Of a stretch of DNA of 32,000 nucleotides, positions 1 through 10,683 are shown piece after piece (position 1 is the first letter of the stretch; each line of letters opens with the position of its first letter). A program made the position numbers and the translations under genes. Under the pieces are notes generated by a model. It made no database searches and had not been told where the DNA came from. It saw only the letters and a program-made list of their open reading frames with translations. This DNA is from Alkalilimnicola ehrlichii MLHE-1 (GTDB lineage: Bacteria; Pseudomonadota; Gammaproteobacteria; Nitrococcales; Halorhodospiraceae), in NCBI RefSeq assembly GCF_000014785.1, contig NC_008340.1:1290001-1322000 (forward strand), given 5' to 3'.

Positions 1-15
1 CCAGGAGCAACCACC

Positions 16-1551
16 ATGGACCCGATTGCCCTCAGTGTCTTTTCCAGCCGCATGGCCGCCGTCTGCGAGGAGATGGGCGCCGTGCTGCGGCGCACCGCCT
101 TCTCGCCCAACATCCGCGACCGGCTGGATTTTTCCTGCGCGGTGTTCGATGCCGACGGCGGGCTGGCGGCGCAGGCCGCGCACATCCCGGTGCATCTGGG
201 CAGCATGGCCTACGCCATGGCGGGGGTGATCCGGCGCTTCGACTGGCAGCCGGGGGACATGGTGGTCTTTAACGACCCCTTCCTGGGCGGTACCCACCTG
301 CCCGATGTCACGCTCGTCTCGCCGCTGTTCGTGGATGGCGAACGGGTCGCCTTCCTGGCCAACCGCGCCCACCACGCGGATATCGGTGCGGTGACCCCGG
401 GCTCCATGCCCCTGTCCACCACCCTGGAGGAGGAGGGGGTGCTCATCAGTCCGGTGCGGCTCTACCGGGCAGGCCGGCGCGACGAGGCCGTGTTGCAGCG
501 CATCGTCTCGCGCACCCGCAACCCCCGGCAGGCGGGGGGCGACTTTGCCGCCCAGGCCAGTTCGGTCTCCAGCGGTGTGCACCGGCTGCAGGAACTGGTC
601 GGGCGCATGGGGATGTCTGAGTTCCGGGCCGCCCTTGCGGCGTTGAACGATTACGCCGAGCGGCTGGTGCGGGCCGCCTTGGTGGACCTGCCCGACGGCA
701 GGTGGACCTTTACCGACTACCTGGATGACGACGGCCAGGGGCAGCAGGACCTGCCCATCCAGGTGGCCCTGACCCTCGATCACCACGATGCCCACGTGGA
801 CTTCGCCGGCTCCGCCGACCAGGTGCGGGGCAACCTGAACTGCCCCTTATCGGTGGCGGCCGCCGCCGTGTTCTACGCCTTCCGCTGTCTGATGCCGGAG
901 CAGACCCCGGCCTGTGCCGGTGCCTTCCGGCCTATCACCCTGAGCGCCCCCGAGGGCAGCCTGCTCAACGCCCGCCACCCGGCCGCGGTGGCTGCCGGCA
1001 ATGTCGAGACCAGCCAGCGGGTGGTGGACGCGGTGCTGGGGGCGCTGGCGCCGGCGCTGCCGGACCGCATCCCCGCGGCCAGCCATGGCGGCATGAACAA
1101 CCTGGCCATGGGGGCGCTGGCGGAGGACTCGCCCTGGGACTACTACGAGACCCTGGGCGGCGGCATGGGCGGCGGTCCCCACCATCGCGGCCGGTCGGGC
1201 GTTCAGGTGCACATGACCAATACCCTCAACACCCCCCTGGAGGCGCTGGAGATGGCCTATCCGCTGCGTCTGCGCCGCTATGCCCTGCGCCGTGGCTCCG
1301 GCGGTGCCGGGCGCCATCCCGGAGGCGAGGGGGTGATCCGGGAGTACGAGTTTCTCACCCCCGCATCGGTCACGCTGATCACCGAACGGCGCCGCCATGC
1401 CCCCTGGGGGCTACAAGGTGGCGCGCCGGGCGCGGTGGGCGAGAACCGGCTCAACGGCGAGCTGCTGCCGGGCAAGGTGCGCCTGGAGGTGGCGGCCGGG
1501 GACCGGCTCACTGTCATGACCCCCGGGGGTGGCGGCTGGGGCGGTTCATAG
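16..1551 (+). CDS. Hydantoinase B/oxoprolinase family protein (HyuB-like)
   Basis: 511 aa ORF starting [45 protein letters not shown] with [10 protein letters not shown] and GGGMGGG-type motifs typical of the HyuB family; AGGAG just upstream of the ATG. Confidence 0.93.
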   Translation: MDPIALSVFSSRMAAVCEEMGAVLRRTAFSPNIRDRLDFSCAVFDADGGLAAQAAHIPVHLGSMAYAMAGVIRRFDWQPGDMVVFNDPFLGGTHLPDVTLVSPLFVDGERVAFLANRAHHADIGAVTPGSMPLSTTLEEEGVLISPVRLYRAGRRDEAVLQRIVSRTRNPRQAGGDFAAQASSVSSGVHRLQELVGRMGMSEFRAALAALNDYAERLVRAALVDLPDGRWTFTDYLDDDGQGQQDLPIQVALTLDHHDAHVDFAGSADQVRGNLNCPLSVAAAAVFYAFRCLMPEQTPACAGAFRPITLSAPEGSLLNARHPAAVAAGNVETSQRVVDAVLGALAPALPDRIPAASHGGMNNLAMGALAEDSPWDYYETLGGGMGGGPHHRGRSGVQVHMTNTLNTPLEALEMAYPLRLRRYALRRGSGGAGRHPGGEGVIREYEFLTPASVTLITERRRHAPWGLQGGAPGAVGENRLNGELLPGKVRLEVAAGDRLTVMTPGGGGWGGS

Positions 1552-1609
1552 TGCTGTAACATTACTGCCTTTAAATAGCGGCCGTCGTTACCTGACGGGG
1601 ATTGGATGC

Positions 1610-2299
1610 ATGGCTGTCAATATACTGCTCGTGGAAGACGATGCGGCCGTTCGAGAGATGCTGCTGCTGCCGCTGCGGCGCGCGGGGTTCGAGATCACCG
1701 GCGTCGCTGATGTCGCCCAGGGCAAGGCGGCGCTTTTGGAGCGCGTGCCGGACCTGATCCTGCTGGACTGGATGCTGCCCGACGTCAGCGGCATCGATTG
1801 GGCGCGGGAGCTCAAGCGCGACCCCTTCACCCGCGATGTGCCGCTGATCATGCTCACCGCCCGTGGCGAGGAGGAGGACAAGGTGCGCGGTCTGGAGGTC
1901 GGCGCCGATGACTACGTCACCAAGCCGTTCTCGCCTCGGGAACTGATCGCCCGTATCCGGGCGGTGCTGAGACGGACGACGCCGGATGCCGGCGACCAAC
2001 CCGTGGAGGTGGAGGGGCTGACCCTGGACCCGGTCAGCCACCGGGTGTCCGGCAACGGGCGGACCCTGGACATGGGCCCCACGGAGTTCCGCCTGCTGCA
2101 CTTCTTCATGACCCACCAGGAGCGGGTCTATACCCGCGGTCAGTTGTTGGATAACGTTTGGGGTACCAATGTTTATGTGGAGGAGCGCACCGTTGATGTC
2201 CACATCCGGCGGCTGCGCAAGGTACTGGCGGAGTCCGGACACGACCATCTGGTGCAGACCGTGCGCGGTACCGGCTACCGGTTCTCGGCCCAGGTCTGA
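1610..2299 (+). CDS. phoB: Phosphate regulon response regulator PhoB (OmpR family)
   Basis: Receiver domain ([33 protein letters not shown]) plus winged helix ([21 protein letters not shown]). The ORF track starts earlier, but ATG GCT GTC AAT at 1610 is the natural start. phoR follows directly. Confidence 0.93.
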   Translation: MAVNILLVEDDAAVREMLLLPLRRAGFEITGVADVAQGKAALLERVPDLILLDWMLPDVSGIDWARELKRDPFTRDVPLIMLTARGEEEDKVRGLEVGADDYVTKPFSPRELIARIRAVLRRTTPDAGDQPVEVEGLTLDPVSHRVSGNGRTLDMGPTEFRLLHFFMTHQERVYTRGQLLDNVWGTNVYVEERTVDVHIRRLRKVLAESGHDHLVQTVRGTGYRFSAQV

Positions 2300-3631
2300 A
2301 TGATGCAGGGAAACCCCTGGCCCCGGGTGCTGTCCCGCCTGTCCGCATTGTTCCTGCTGGCGGCCCTGGTCGGTTGGTGGGCGGAGGCGCTGAGCGAGGC
2401 GCTGTTGCTGGCGGCCCTGACGATGCTCGCCTGGGAAGGGTATAACCTCTACCGTTTTGAGGCCTGGCTGCGTAAGGGGCGGCAATTGGCACCCCCCGCC
2501 GCCCATGGGCTCTGGCGGCACCTCTTCGACGCCCTGTACCAGCGCCAGCAGCGCCAGCGCCAACGTCGGCGTAATCTGCAGCGCCTGATGGCCCGCTACC
2601 GGGACTCGGCCCGCGCCATGCCCGACGCCCTGGTGGTGCTTAGCGGCGACTACCGCATCGATTGGTGGAACCCGGCCGCCGCACGTTTGCTGGGGCTGCG
2701 CTGGCCCGGCGACAGCCACCAGCGGATCGCCAACATCTACCGCCATCCCGATTTCGTGGCGTTCCTCTCCTCCCGCAGTCCGGTGACCCGCGAGGTCAGC
2801 CTCCCGTCACCGTTGGACAGCCAGGTCTGGCTGGAAATCCGGCTGGTGCCCTATGGCACCGACCGCTACCTGCTGCTGGCGCGTGATGTCACCCACCTGC
2901 ACCGGCTGGAGACCATGCGTCGGGACTTTGTGGGCAATGTCTCCCACGAGTTGCGGACGCCGTTGACGGTCATCTACGGCGTGGCGGAAACCTTGAACGA
3001 GGAGATGGCGGACGACCCCGAAGTTGGCGACATGCTGCGTTTGTTGCAGGAGCAGTCCGAGCGCATGCGCCGGCTGGTGGATGACCTGCTGCTGCTCTCC
3101 CGCCTGGAGACCGGTGCCACGCCCAGCCACCCGGAGTGGGTGGACATGCCGCGGTTACTGGAGGAACTCGTCGAGGACGGCAAGGCACTTTCGGGCAGCC
3201 GCCATCACCGTTTTGAGTTGACGTGCGAGCCGGGGCTGTTGCTGGAGGGGTGTGAGAGCGAGCTGCGCAGCGCCTTCTCCAACCTTATTTTTAATGCCGT
3301 TAAATACACCCCGGGGGACGGCTATATCGGCGTTCGGTGGTATGCCGACAAGGCGGGTGCCCATTTATCTGTCACCGACAATGGCATTGGGATACCGGCA
3401 GCTCATATCCCAAGGCTCACCGAGCGTTTTTACCGGGTGGACAGCGCCCGTTCCAAGGCCAGTGGCGGTACCGGTCTGGGGCTCGCCATCGTCAAGCATG
3501 TGCTCAATCGCCACCGGGCGCAGCTTACCGTGCGCAGTCAGCCGGGGCAGGGCAGCACCTTCATTTGTACCTTTCCCACCGCATTGCTGCGCCGGGCCGG
3601 CACCCGGACGGCCCGGCCTCCCGCAAGCTAG
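2300..3631 (+). CDS. phoR: Phosphate regulon sensor histidine kinase PhoR
   Basis: N-terminal hydrophobic segments, PAS-like region, HisKA (FVGNVSHELRTPLTVIYG) and HATPase (NLIFNAVKYTPGDG, DNGIGIP, GTGLGLAIVKHVL); adjacent to phoB. Confidence 0.92.
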   Translation: MMQGNPWPRVLSRLSALFLLAALVGWWAEALSEALLLAALTMLAWEGYNLYRFEAWLRKGRQLAPPAAHGLWRHLFDALYQRQQRQRQRRRNLQRLMARYRDSARAMPDALVVLSGDYRIDWWNPAAARLLGLRWPGDSHQRIANIYRHPDFVAFLSSRSPVTREVSLPSPLDSQVWLEIRLVPYGTDRYLLLARDVTHLHRLETMRRDFVGNVSHELRTPLTVIYGVAETLNEEMADDPEVGDMLRLLQEQSERMRRLVDDLLLLSRLETGATPSHPEWVDMPRLLEELVEDGKALSGSRHHRFELTCEPGLLLEGCESELRSAFSNLIFNAVKYTPGDGYIGVRWYADKAGAHLSVTDNGIGIPAAHIPRLTERFYRVDSARSKASGGTGLGLAIVKHVLNRHRAQLTVRSQPGQGSTFICTFPTALLRRAGTRTARPPAS

Positions 3632-3896
3632 GGAACCGGACGAAGTTCATGGATTAAACCCTGAGCGCGTCGGCGTTTCTATAGCCGACCGGTTTCGATA
3701 TAGTAACTTCCTACGGAGCACCTAAGCCTATAAGAAACTGCGTAACGGTCACCACGGCGCAAGGACGAATAAGCTGCTGCGACTCAGGACATTAGGGGCT
3801 ATTATCCGATCCCTCTCCGGTATCACCACAGACCGGGGCCCATGCCTTTGGCGGTCAGCCGGGGCGCGCCGCTCCGGTTCGGCACTGGCTGGGCTA

Positions 3897-4304
3897 ATGC
3901 TTGCCTGGGCACTGTTCAGCAGCGCCCAGGCGCTGGCCGAGCAGGAGCCGGTCTATTTGGTTGCCCACCCCGGGGTCGGCACCGAAGCGATCAGCCGGGA
4001 TGCCGTTCGTGCCATGTTCGCGATGCGACAGCGCCATTGGCCGGACGGCACCAGCGCCCGGGTCTTCGTGCTCACCGAGGGTCACCCGGTCCACGAGCGT
4101 TTCGTGAAGGGCCGTCTTGATGCCTTCCCCCACCAGTTGCAATTGGCTTGGGACCGGGCCGTTTTCTCGGGCACCGGTCAGTCACCCCATCGGGTGGGTT
4201 CCCAGGCGGAGATGCATGAGCGCGTGGCCACCACCCCTGGCGCGCTGGGCTATCTGACAAGGGAGTACCTGGATGAGCGCGTCCAGATCATTGCGATTGA
4301 ATAG
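3897..4304 (+). CDS. Small PstS-like periplasmic substrate-binding protein
   Basis: 135 aa with signal-like N-terminus; VYLVAHPGVGTEAISRDAVRAMFAMRQRHWPDGTSARVFVL and GALGYLTREYLD resemble short phosphate ABC substrate-binding-like proteins. Overlaps the following porin gene. Confidence 0.7.
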   Translation: MLAWALFSSAQALAEQEPVYLVAHPGVGTEAISRDAVRAMFAMRQRHWPDGTSARVFVLTEGHPVHERFVKGRLDAFPHQLQLAWDRAVFSGTGQSPHRVGSQAEMHERVATTPGALGYLTREYLDERVQIIAIE

Positions 4305-5484
4305 GCGGGCTGCCGGTGGTCTGGCGGGCGTGTTGGCACTGGGGCTGAGCACCGCCGCCGCGGGGCAGGACATGCTGGACACCCTGCAACTGCACGGTTT
4401 TTTGAGCCAGGGCTGGGTCACTACGGACCACAACAACTTCTTCGGCCCCAGCCGCGACGGCGGCGGCAGCTTCAAGTTCACGGAGATCGCCGCCAACGCC
4501 TCGCTGCGGCCCCACCACGATCTGCTGCTTTCGGCCCAGGTGCTGAGCCGTCGGGCCGGTGGGGATGGTCGTGACGCCCGGCCCAAACTCGACCATGGGG
4601 TGGTGGACTACCAGTTCGTATCGTCGGCCAGCCGCACCCTGGGCCTGCAGGCGGGCCGCTTCAAGAACCCCTTCGGCCTGCACAACCAGACCCGGGATGT
4701 GCCGTTCGCGAGGCCGGGTATCCTGCTGCCGCAGTCCATCTACTTCGATCGTGCCCGCTCACTGGCCCTGGCGGCGGACGGCGGCACCGTCTACCTGGAG
4801 GAGCGCATCCCCGACGGTGGCGCGCTCCGGGCCCAGGTGGGTTTTGGCCGGGTCCAGGCGGACGACGACCTGGAGCGCACGCTGCGGCTGGACCCGGTGC
4901 CGGGCGGTATAGAGCCCCGGGACTCGGTGATTGGCCAGTTGCTCTATGAGCACGACGGCGGACGCATCATCGCTGCGCTCAGTGCGGCTCGCGTCAAGGC
5001 CCGCTTTGAGCGCGACGGTGCCCGTGATGGTCAGTTCGATTTCCAGCCCTGGATTGTCTCCTTCCAATACAACGAGGCCCTCTGGGACCTGACCGCGGAG
5101 TTTGCGGTGCGGGAGTCGAGCATGGAGGGATTGGCGGACATCGGCGCCGATTTCGACATCACCGGCGAGAGTTGGTATGTGCAATACACCCGTCGTTTTC
5201 ACCCGGACTGGCAGTGGCTGATCCGCTACGACAGCCTGGTCAGCGACCGCAGTGACCGCTCGGGCCGGGACTTCGCCGCCGCCACCGGCCTGCCCGCCCA
5301 TGCCCGCTTTGCCCACGACTGGACGCTGGGGCTGCGCTGGCAGCCCCATCCCAAGGTGCAGTTGGGCGCTGAGTACCACTATGTGGACGGTACCGGCTGG
5401 CTGCCCACTGAGGACAATCCCGATCCCTCCGACACCCGCCGGCGATGGAATATGCTGCTCATGCAGCTCTCGCTGCGTTATTGA
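4273..5484 (+). CDS. Outer-membrane porin, OprO/OprP (phosphate-selective)-like
   Basis: 403 aa, signal peptide ending AAAGQ, LHGFLSQGWVTTDHNNFFG, repeated aromatic/amphipathic strands and a C-terminal RRRWNMLLMQLSLRY ending in an aromatic residue. The subfamily call is uncertain. Confidence 0.7.
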   Translation: MSASRSLRLNRRAAGGLAGVLALGLSTAAAGQDMLDTLQLHGFLSQGWVTTDHNNFFGPSRDGGGSFKFTEIAANASLRPHHDLLLSAQVLSRRAGGDGRDARPKLDHGVVDYQFVSSASRTLGLQAGRFKNPFGLHNQTRDVPFARPGILLPQSIYFDRARSLALAADGGTVYLEERIPDGGALRAQVGFGRVQADDDLERTLRLDPVPGGIEPRDSVIGQLLYEHDGGRIIAALSAARVKARFERDGARDGQFDFQPWIVSFQYNEALWDLTAEFAVRESSMEGLADIGADFDITGESWYVQYTRRFHPDWQWLIRYDSLVSDRSDRSGRDFAAATGLPAHARFAHDWTLGLRWQPHPKVQLGAEYHYVDGTGWLPTEDNPDPSDTRRRWNMLLMQLSLRY

Positions 5485-5508
5485 CGCCGTCGACCCGGTG
5501 ACTGAAGG

Positions 5509-8337
5509 ATGCGCATGAGCGAAACCGGAACCGCGCGACGCCGACTCCGCCTGGGCCTGACCTGGCGGGTCATCGCCCTGACCAGTCTGGTGCTGGTGGG
5601 GCTGGCAGCCCTGGTCACCGCGCATGGGCATGGCACCCTGGAGCGGCAGTTTCAGGAGGCCCGTGAGGCGCACCAGGCGCGCCAGCATCGCGAGATCCGC
5701 CTGGCGCTGGAGCGATCGGCGGAGGGACTGCGCGAGCTGGCGGCACTGGTGGCGTCGGCACCGGAGCTGGCCCGGGCCGTGCAGGCCGGTGATTCGGAGG
5801 GTGCGCACCGCGCTCTCGACGGGCAGTGGCCCACTCTGCAGTTGGAGGCCGGGGTGGAGCGTATCGGCGTCTACGCGCCAGACGGCACGCAGGTGGCCGC
5901 CCGCGGCGGGAGGCCCGCGGTCGCGCCGGAGGGGATCGAGCGCTGGCTGCATCAGGTCCGTCTGGACGACAGGCCACTGACCGCATTGATCTGCCAGGCG
6001 GGCTGTCGTCAGTTCAGCGTGGTGCCCATGCTGGTGGCGGGTGAGACCGCCGGTATGGTGATGCTGTCGCGCTCCCTGGTGGACCTCACCCGCCAGCTGC
6101 ACGATGTCTCCGGCAGTGATGTGGCGCTGCTGCTACGCGGCGACACCATGGTGGATCAGGCAGGGGACATCCCCCGGTTGCCGGAGTGGGACGCTCATCT
6201 GCTCGCCCTCACCCGCAGTGAGGTGACCCTGCCCTGGCTGCAGGCCCTGGCCAGCGAGGTTAGCATGGAGGCCCTGGTAAGCGCCCCGCGGCAGATCGCG
6301 ATCGACGGACGGGAGTTGGAGATCAACGCGGTGACGCTGGCCGAGCATGAGGCGCCCGGTGGCAGCGGCTACCTGCTGCTGATTACCGATATCACCCGCC
6401 AGCTGGATGTCATCCAGTGGCACACCCGCAACCTCTTCTTTATGGGGCTGGCCGGATGGCTCGTGGCGGAGGCGATCCTGCTGCTCATCCTGTGGCGTCC
6501 GATGCTGCGTCTGCGCCGCCTGGCGCAGGTCCTGCCGGGGCTGGCCGAGGGCGGCTTTCAGCGGGCGCGTACCGCCATTCCGGTCGGGCGCCCCCGGCTG
6601 GCCGATGAAATCGATCTGCTGGAGACCACCACGCTCGGTCTGGCCGATCAGCTGGAGGCCCTCGAGCGCGAGGTGCGGCGCCGGCGTGAGCAGGTGGTCT
6701 CCCAGCTGCGCGCCCTGGGGCGTGAGCGGGATTTCGTCAGCAGTCTGCTGGACACCGCCCGGGTCCTTATCGTGAGTCAGGACGCCGAGGGGCGGATCAC
6801 GCTAATCAACGACTACGCCCAGGCGGCGTTGGGCCGTCGCGAGGATGAGTTGGTGGGCGCGCACTTTGACGCGGTCTTTCCGGGCCTGGTCCCCATCGGT
6901 CGTAACAGCGGCCTGCCTCGGGAGGAGGAGCGCCCGCTGCACAGCCCCGGCCGGGGGGAGCGGATCGTGGCCTGGTACCACGCCCCGCTGGCGGCGGAGG
7001 AGGGGCGGCCGGCGGGCCGCATCTCGGTGGGGCTGGATATCACCGAGCGCAAGGCCGCGGAGGCGCGGCTGATCTGGCTGGCCCAGCGTGATCCGCTGAC
7101 CGAGCTCTACAACCGCCGTTACTTTCAGGAGGCCCTCGACAGGGCGTTGGCCAAGGGGGTGCACGGGGCGGTGCTGCTGATGGACCTGGACCAGTTCCGG
7201 GATGTCAACGAGCTGAGTGGCCACCACGCGGGTGATGAGCTGTTGCGGTTGGTGGCCGGGACGTTGCTGGATCATCTGGAGCACCGGGGCGTGATCGCCC
7301 GCCTGGGCGGCGACGAGTTTGCACTGCTGCTGGAGGAGACGGATGCCGACGCGGCGGTCTCCGTGGCCCAGTACATGGTCAAGCTCCTGGAAGACCTGGG
7401 CCTGAGTATCGGCGAGCGCCGCCACCGGGTCAGCGCCAGCATTGGCATTGTGCTGTTCCCCGAACATGGCGAAACCCCGACCGATCTGATGGCCAGTGCC
7501 GATGTGGCCATGTACAAGGCGAAAGAGACAGGGGTCCAGCGCTGGCACCTGCTCCACGCCCTGGACCACGCCAAGGGCGAGCTGCAGGAGCGGGTCTATT
7601 GGGTGGAGCAGTTACACCAGGCGCTCCAGGGTGATGCCTTCGAGCTCATGGTGCAGCCCATCGTGCGGCTGCGGGACCGCAGTGTGCGCCACTACGAGGT
7701 GCTTGTGCGTATGCGCGATCCGTCCGGTGAACTGCTGCTGCCCGGCCGGTTCATCCCCTTCGCCGAGCACAGTGGCCAGATCGTTCAGCTGGACCGCTGG
7801 GTGCTGCGCGCGGCCCTGAAGGTGCTCCGCCGGGTGCAGTCACAGGGTATTGGCCTGGCAGTGAACCTGTCGGGGCAGTCGCTCCACGACGATGGACTGA
7901 CGACCTTCCTGGCGGACGAGCTCCGCGCCAGTGGTGCGGACCCGGAGCACCTGATACTGGAGATCACCGAGACCGCGGCGGTTACCGATTTTTCCACCGC
8001 CCGAGGGGTGTTGGAGGGCATCCGCGCCTTGGGTTGTCAGACGGCATTGGACGATTTCGGGGTCGGGTTCAGCAGCTTCCATTACCTGGGCCAGTTGCCG
8101 GTGGACTATATCAAGATCGACGGTAGCTTTATCCGCAGCCTGCCCCACAACGAGGACAGCCGGATTATCGTCAGGGCCATCGCCGACATTGCGGCCGGTT
8201 TCGGCAAGGCGGCCATTGCCGAGTTCGTTGACCAGGAGGTCCTGGTGCCGATGCTGCGTGACTACGGCATCGCTTACGGCCAGGGCTATCACCTGGGCCG
8301 GCCGGTGCCAGTGGAGGAGGCCTTCGGGCCAGCCTGA
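5509..8337 (+). CDS. Membrane sensor diguanylate cyclase/phosphodiesterase (periplasmic sensor-PAS-GGDEF-EAL)
   Basis: TM helices flank a periplasmic region; PAS region (ARVLIVSQDAEGRITLINDYAQ); GGDEFALLLEE; EAL-type motifs YEVLVRMR, AVNLSGQSL, LDDFGVGFSSFHYL, DYIKIDGSFI. Confidence 0.93.
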   Translation: MRMSETGTARRRLRLGLTWRVIALTSLVLVGLAALVTAHGHGTLERQFQEAREAHQARQHREIRLALERSAEGLRELAALVASAPELARAVQAGDSEGAHRALDGQWPTLQLEAGVERIGVYAPDGTQVAARGGRPAVAPEGIERWLHQVRLDDRPLTALICQAGCRQFSVVPMLVAGETAGMVMLSRSLVDLTRQLHDVSGSDVALLLRGDTMVDQAGDIPRLPEWDAHLLALTRSEVTLPWLQALASEVSMEALVSAPRQIAIDGRELEINAVTLAEHEAPGGSGYLLLITDITRQLDVIQWHTRNLFFMGLAGWLVAEAILLLILWRPMLRLRRLAQVLPGLAEGGFQRARTAIPVGRPRLADEIDLLETTTLGLADQLEALEREVRRRREQVVSQLRALGRERDFVSSLLDTARVLIVSQDAEGRITLINDYAQAALGRREDELVGAHFDAVFPGLVPIGRNSGLPREEERPLHSPGRGERIVAWYHAPLAAEEGRPAGRISVGLDITERKAAEARLIWLAQRDPLTELYNRRYFQEALDRALAKGVHGAVLLMDLDQFRDVNELSGHHAGDELLRLVAGTLLDHLEHRGVIARLGGDEFALLLEETDADAAVSVAQYMVKLLEDLGLSIGERRHRVSASIGIVLFPEHGETPTDLMASADVAMYKAKETGVQRWHLLHALDHAKGELQERVYWVEQLHQALQGDAFELMVQPIVRLRDRSVRHYEVLVRMRDPSGELLLPGRFIPFAEHSGQIVQLDRWVLRAALKVLRRVQSQGIGLAVNLSGQSLHDDGLTTFLADELRASGADPEHLILEITETAAVTDFSTARGVLEGIRALGCQTALDDFGVGFSSFHYLGQLPVDYIKIDGSFIRSLPHNEDSRIIVRAIADIAAGFGKAAIAEFVDQEVLVPMLRDYGIAYGQGYHLGRPVPVEEAFGPA

Positions 8338-8347
8338 GCGGGCGGCG

Positions 8348-10456
8348 TCAGAGTGAAACGGTGACGGCGACCTCGTCCGCGGCCGGCAGGAAGGCGGCCG
8401 GTGCCCCGGTATGGGTTACGGTCAACCGGTGCATGGCGCGGGTGCAGGCCACGTAGAGCAGGTTGCGTTCCATGTCGGTGCGGTAGTTCTTCTCGCTGAC
8501 CTCGGGGATGATCACCCGGTCGAACTCCAGCCCCTTGGCCATGTGTGCGGTGCAGACGATGATGCCCGGGGCGAATCCGCTGCTTTGTTCGGTGAGCAGT
8601 CGGATGCCTTCCAGCGTCTCGCTCAGCCGGTCGTGGGTCCGTTTGGCCTGCCTCTGGGTCTTGCAGATGATGCCCAGGGTGTTGTGGCCCGAGGCCTGGA
8701 AGTCCATTGCCTGTTCCTCGATGTGGGCCAGCTCCGCTTTGCGGGTCCGGCAGCGGACGACCCGCGGCGGCTCGCCGTGGCGCTCTATGGCCTCCAGCTC
8801 CGGGTTGGGGGCGATTTGCTGGGCGAATTGGGTGATCTCGTAACTGGAGCGGTAGCTCTTGGTCAGGCTGACCCGTGAGGCCTGCATGAAGGCCTGCTGA
8901 ATCTGCTCGGCATCGGAGGCGCTGTAAGGGTTTACCGACTGATTGGCGTCGCCCAGGATGGTCTTGTTGCAGCGGAACAGCCGAGCGATCACCGCGTACT
9001 GTACCGGGGTATAGTCCTGCATCTCGTCAATCAGCAGGTGCTTGACGTACCGATAGGGCGAGCGGATGCCTTCCAGGCGCATCTTCAGGTAAATCAGCGG
9101 GAAGACGTCGGCGTACTCCAGCTTGCCCCTCTTTGCGGTTTTGAACAGCTCCGGCCGACCCAGCCAGGTGAAGAACTGTTTGTAGGTCTCGCGCAGGGTG
9201 GACTGGCGGATCATCCCCTTCACCGCCTCCCGCAGTGCCCGGCGGTCCTCCGGCATCAGGTCGTAGTTGTACTGGATGCCGAACTTCTGTTCGGTCTCCC
9301 GGACCACCTGGGCAATGCGCTCCGACATGCCCATATTGCGGTGCTTGCGGAAGATCTCCTCCAGCAACCAGCCGGGGATCAGCCGGCGGGCGATCCACAG
9401 GTCTTCGGCGACAAAGCGGTTTTCCTCCACGTGCGCCGCATACTCGCCGAGCTTTTTGAGGAACTCCGGGGAGGCCTTATAGCGCAGCCGCTCCTTCATT
9501 GCCTCGTCGTCGTTCTCCAGTAGCTCGGCGGTCTGCTCGAAGAAGGTCTGGAAGCGGTAGCGGCTTTCCAGCAGCTCGTCGGCCAGGGTCTCCATACCGA
9601 TCTCATTCACCTGCTCCTCGCCCAGCTCCGGGAGCACGTTGGCGATGTAGTCAGCAAAGACCCGGTTGGGCGAAATGATCAGGATGTCCGTCGAGCTGAG
9701 GGTTTCCTTGAAGCGGTAAAGCAGAAACGCGATGCGGTGCAGGGCGATGGACGTCTTGCCGGATCCGGCCACCCCCTGGATGATCAGTGCCGGCGCCGTC
9801 TCGTTGCGGATAATGGCGTTCTGGTCGCGCTGAATGGTCGCGACGATATTCCGCATGCTGTCGTCGGAGCTGCGGGCCAGTTCCTCCTGGAGCACCTCGT
9901 CCACCACATGCAGGTTGCTGTCGATCATCAGCTCCATCTTGCCGTGGCGGATCCGGAACTGGCGCTTGAGCTGGACCTCGCCGTCCACCACACCGTCGGG
10001 CGATTCATACCGGGCCGGGCCGGTTTCGTAGTCGTAGAACAGGCTGGCGATGGGCGCGCGCCAGTCGTAGACCACGTTCTCCCCGCTGTTGTCGTCGTAG
10101 AAGTGGTGAATGCCGATGTAGATGGGGTCGGTCCCGGTTGCGCCGTCGGCGGCGAAGTCGAGGCGGCCGAAATAGGGGGCACGCTGGAGCTTCTTCAGCC
10201 GTTTCTGGCGGTCGAGAATGGTCTCACCGGTCATCACCGACTGCTCGATGGACTGGCGCGTGGAGATCTTCTCCACATGGTCCATATCCGCCCGTGCCTC
10301 CCAGAGGTATTCCTTCTGTTCCCGGACCTCCTCGGCGTAGGCGCGCAGGCGCCGGTCAGTGGCCTCCAGGGCGCGCTGCAGGCGGGCCATCACTTCGGCG
10401 AGACGGGCATGCTCTTCCTGCTCGGCAGGGGTTTGTGGTGCGTTCTCAGTACTCAT
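8348..10456 (-). CDS. UvrD/HelD-like SF1 helicase (possible RNA polymerase recycling/DNA helicase IV family)
   Basis: 702 aa; N-terminal coiled coil; VVYDWRAPIASLFYDYETGPARYESP...GEVQLKRQF; Walker A QGVAGSGKTSIALHR; LLIDEMQDYTPVQYAV; GDANQSVNPY; AKGLEFDRVIIP; LLYVACTRAMHRL. Confidence 0.9.
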   Translation of the reverse strand: MSTENAPQTPAEQEEHARLAEVMARLQRALEATDRRLRAYAEEVREQKEYLWEARADMDHVEKISTRQSIEQSVMTGETILDRQKRLKKLQRAPYFGRLDFAADGATGTDPIYIGIHHFYDDNSGENVVYDWRAPIASLFYDYETGPARYESPDGVVDGEVQLKRQFRIRHGKMELMIDSNLHVVDEVLQEELARSSDDSMRNIVATIQRDQNAIIRNETAPALIIQGVAGSGKTSIALHRIAFLLYRFKETLSSTDILIISPNRVFADYIANVLPELGEEQVNEIGMETLADELLESRYRFQTFFEQTAELLENDDEAMKERLRYKASPEFLKKLGEYAAHVEENRFVAEDLWIARRLIPGWLLEEIFRKHRNMGMSERIAQVVRETEQKFGIQYNYDLMPEDRRALREAVKGMIRQSTLRETYKQFFTWLGRPELFKTAKRGKLEYADVFPLIYLKMRLEGIRSPYRYVKHLLIDEMQDYTPVQYAVIARLFRCNKTILGDANQSVNPYSASDAEQIQQAFMQASRVSLTKSYRSSYEITQFAQQIAPNPELEAIERHGEPPRVVRCRTRKAELAHIEEQAMDFQASGHNTLGIICKTQRQAKRTHDRLSETLEGIRLLTEQSSGFAPGIIVCTAHMAKGLEFDRVIIPEVSEKNYRTDMERNLLYVACTRAMHRLTVTHTGAPAAFLPAADEVAVTVSL

Positions 10457-10683
10457 GGGCGATCACGTCTTCTTCGGTGGGGCAGGGCGGCGAGCCGGCC
10501 CTGGGCCGGGGCCGGGGCCGATTATCCGGTCGTCCGCCGGCGGGGTCAAAGCCCGGTGGCAGCGGGGCTGTATTCAGCGGGCGGGAGCAACCCACCTAAG
10601 TAGCTTTACCGATGACAGTGCCACCCGCGTGCACCACAATTGGAAGTGGTCTGCCCGATGGGAGTCGCTGTCTGGAGGTGCCC

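Noticed and set aside
1554-1575. Possible Pho box upstream of phoB (CTGTAAC-ATTA-CTGCCTT)
   Set aside because: Only a weak match over two half-sites; not listed as a feature without a PWM score.
4759-6102. 447-aa minus-strand ORF spanning the porin and GGDEF-EAL genes
   Set aside because: Crosses two well-supported plus-strand genes; G/P/Q/H-rich shadow translation.
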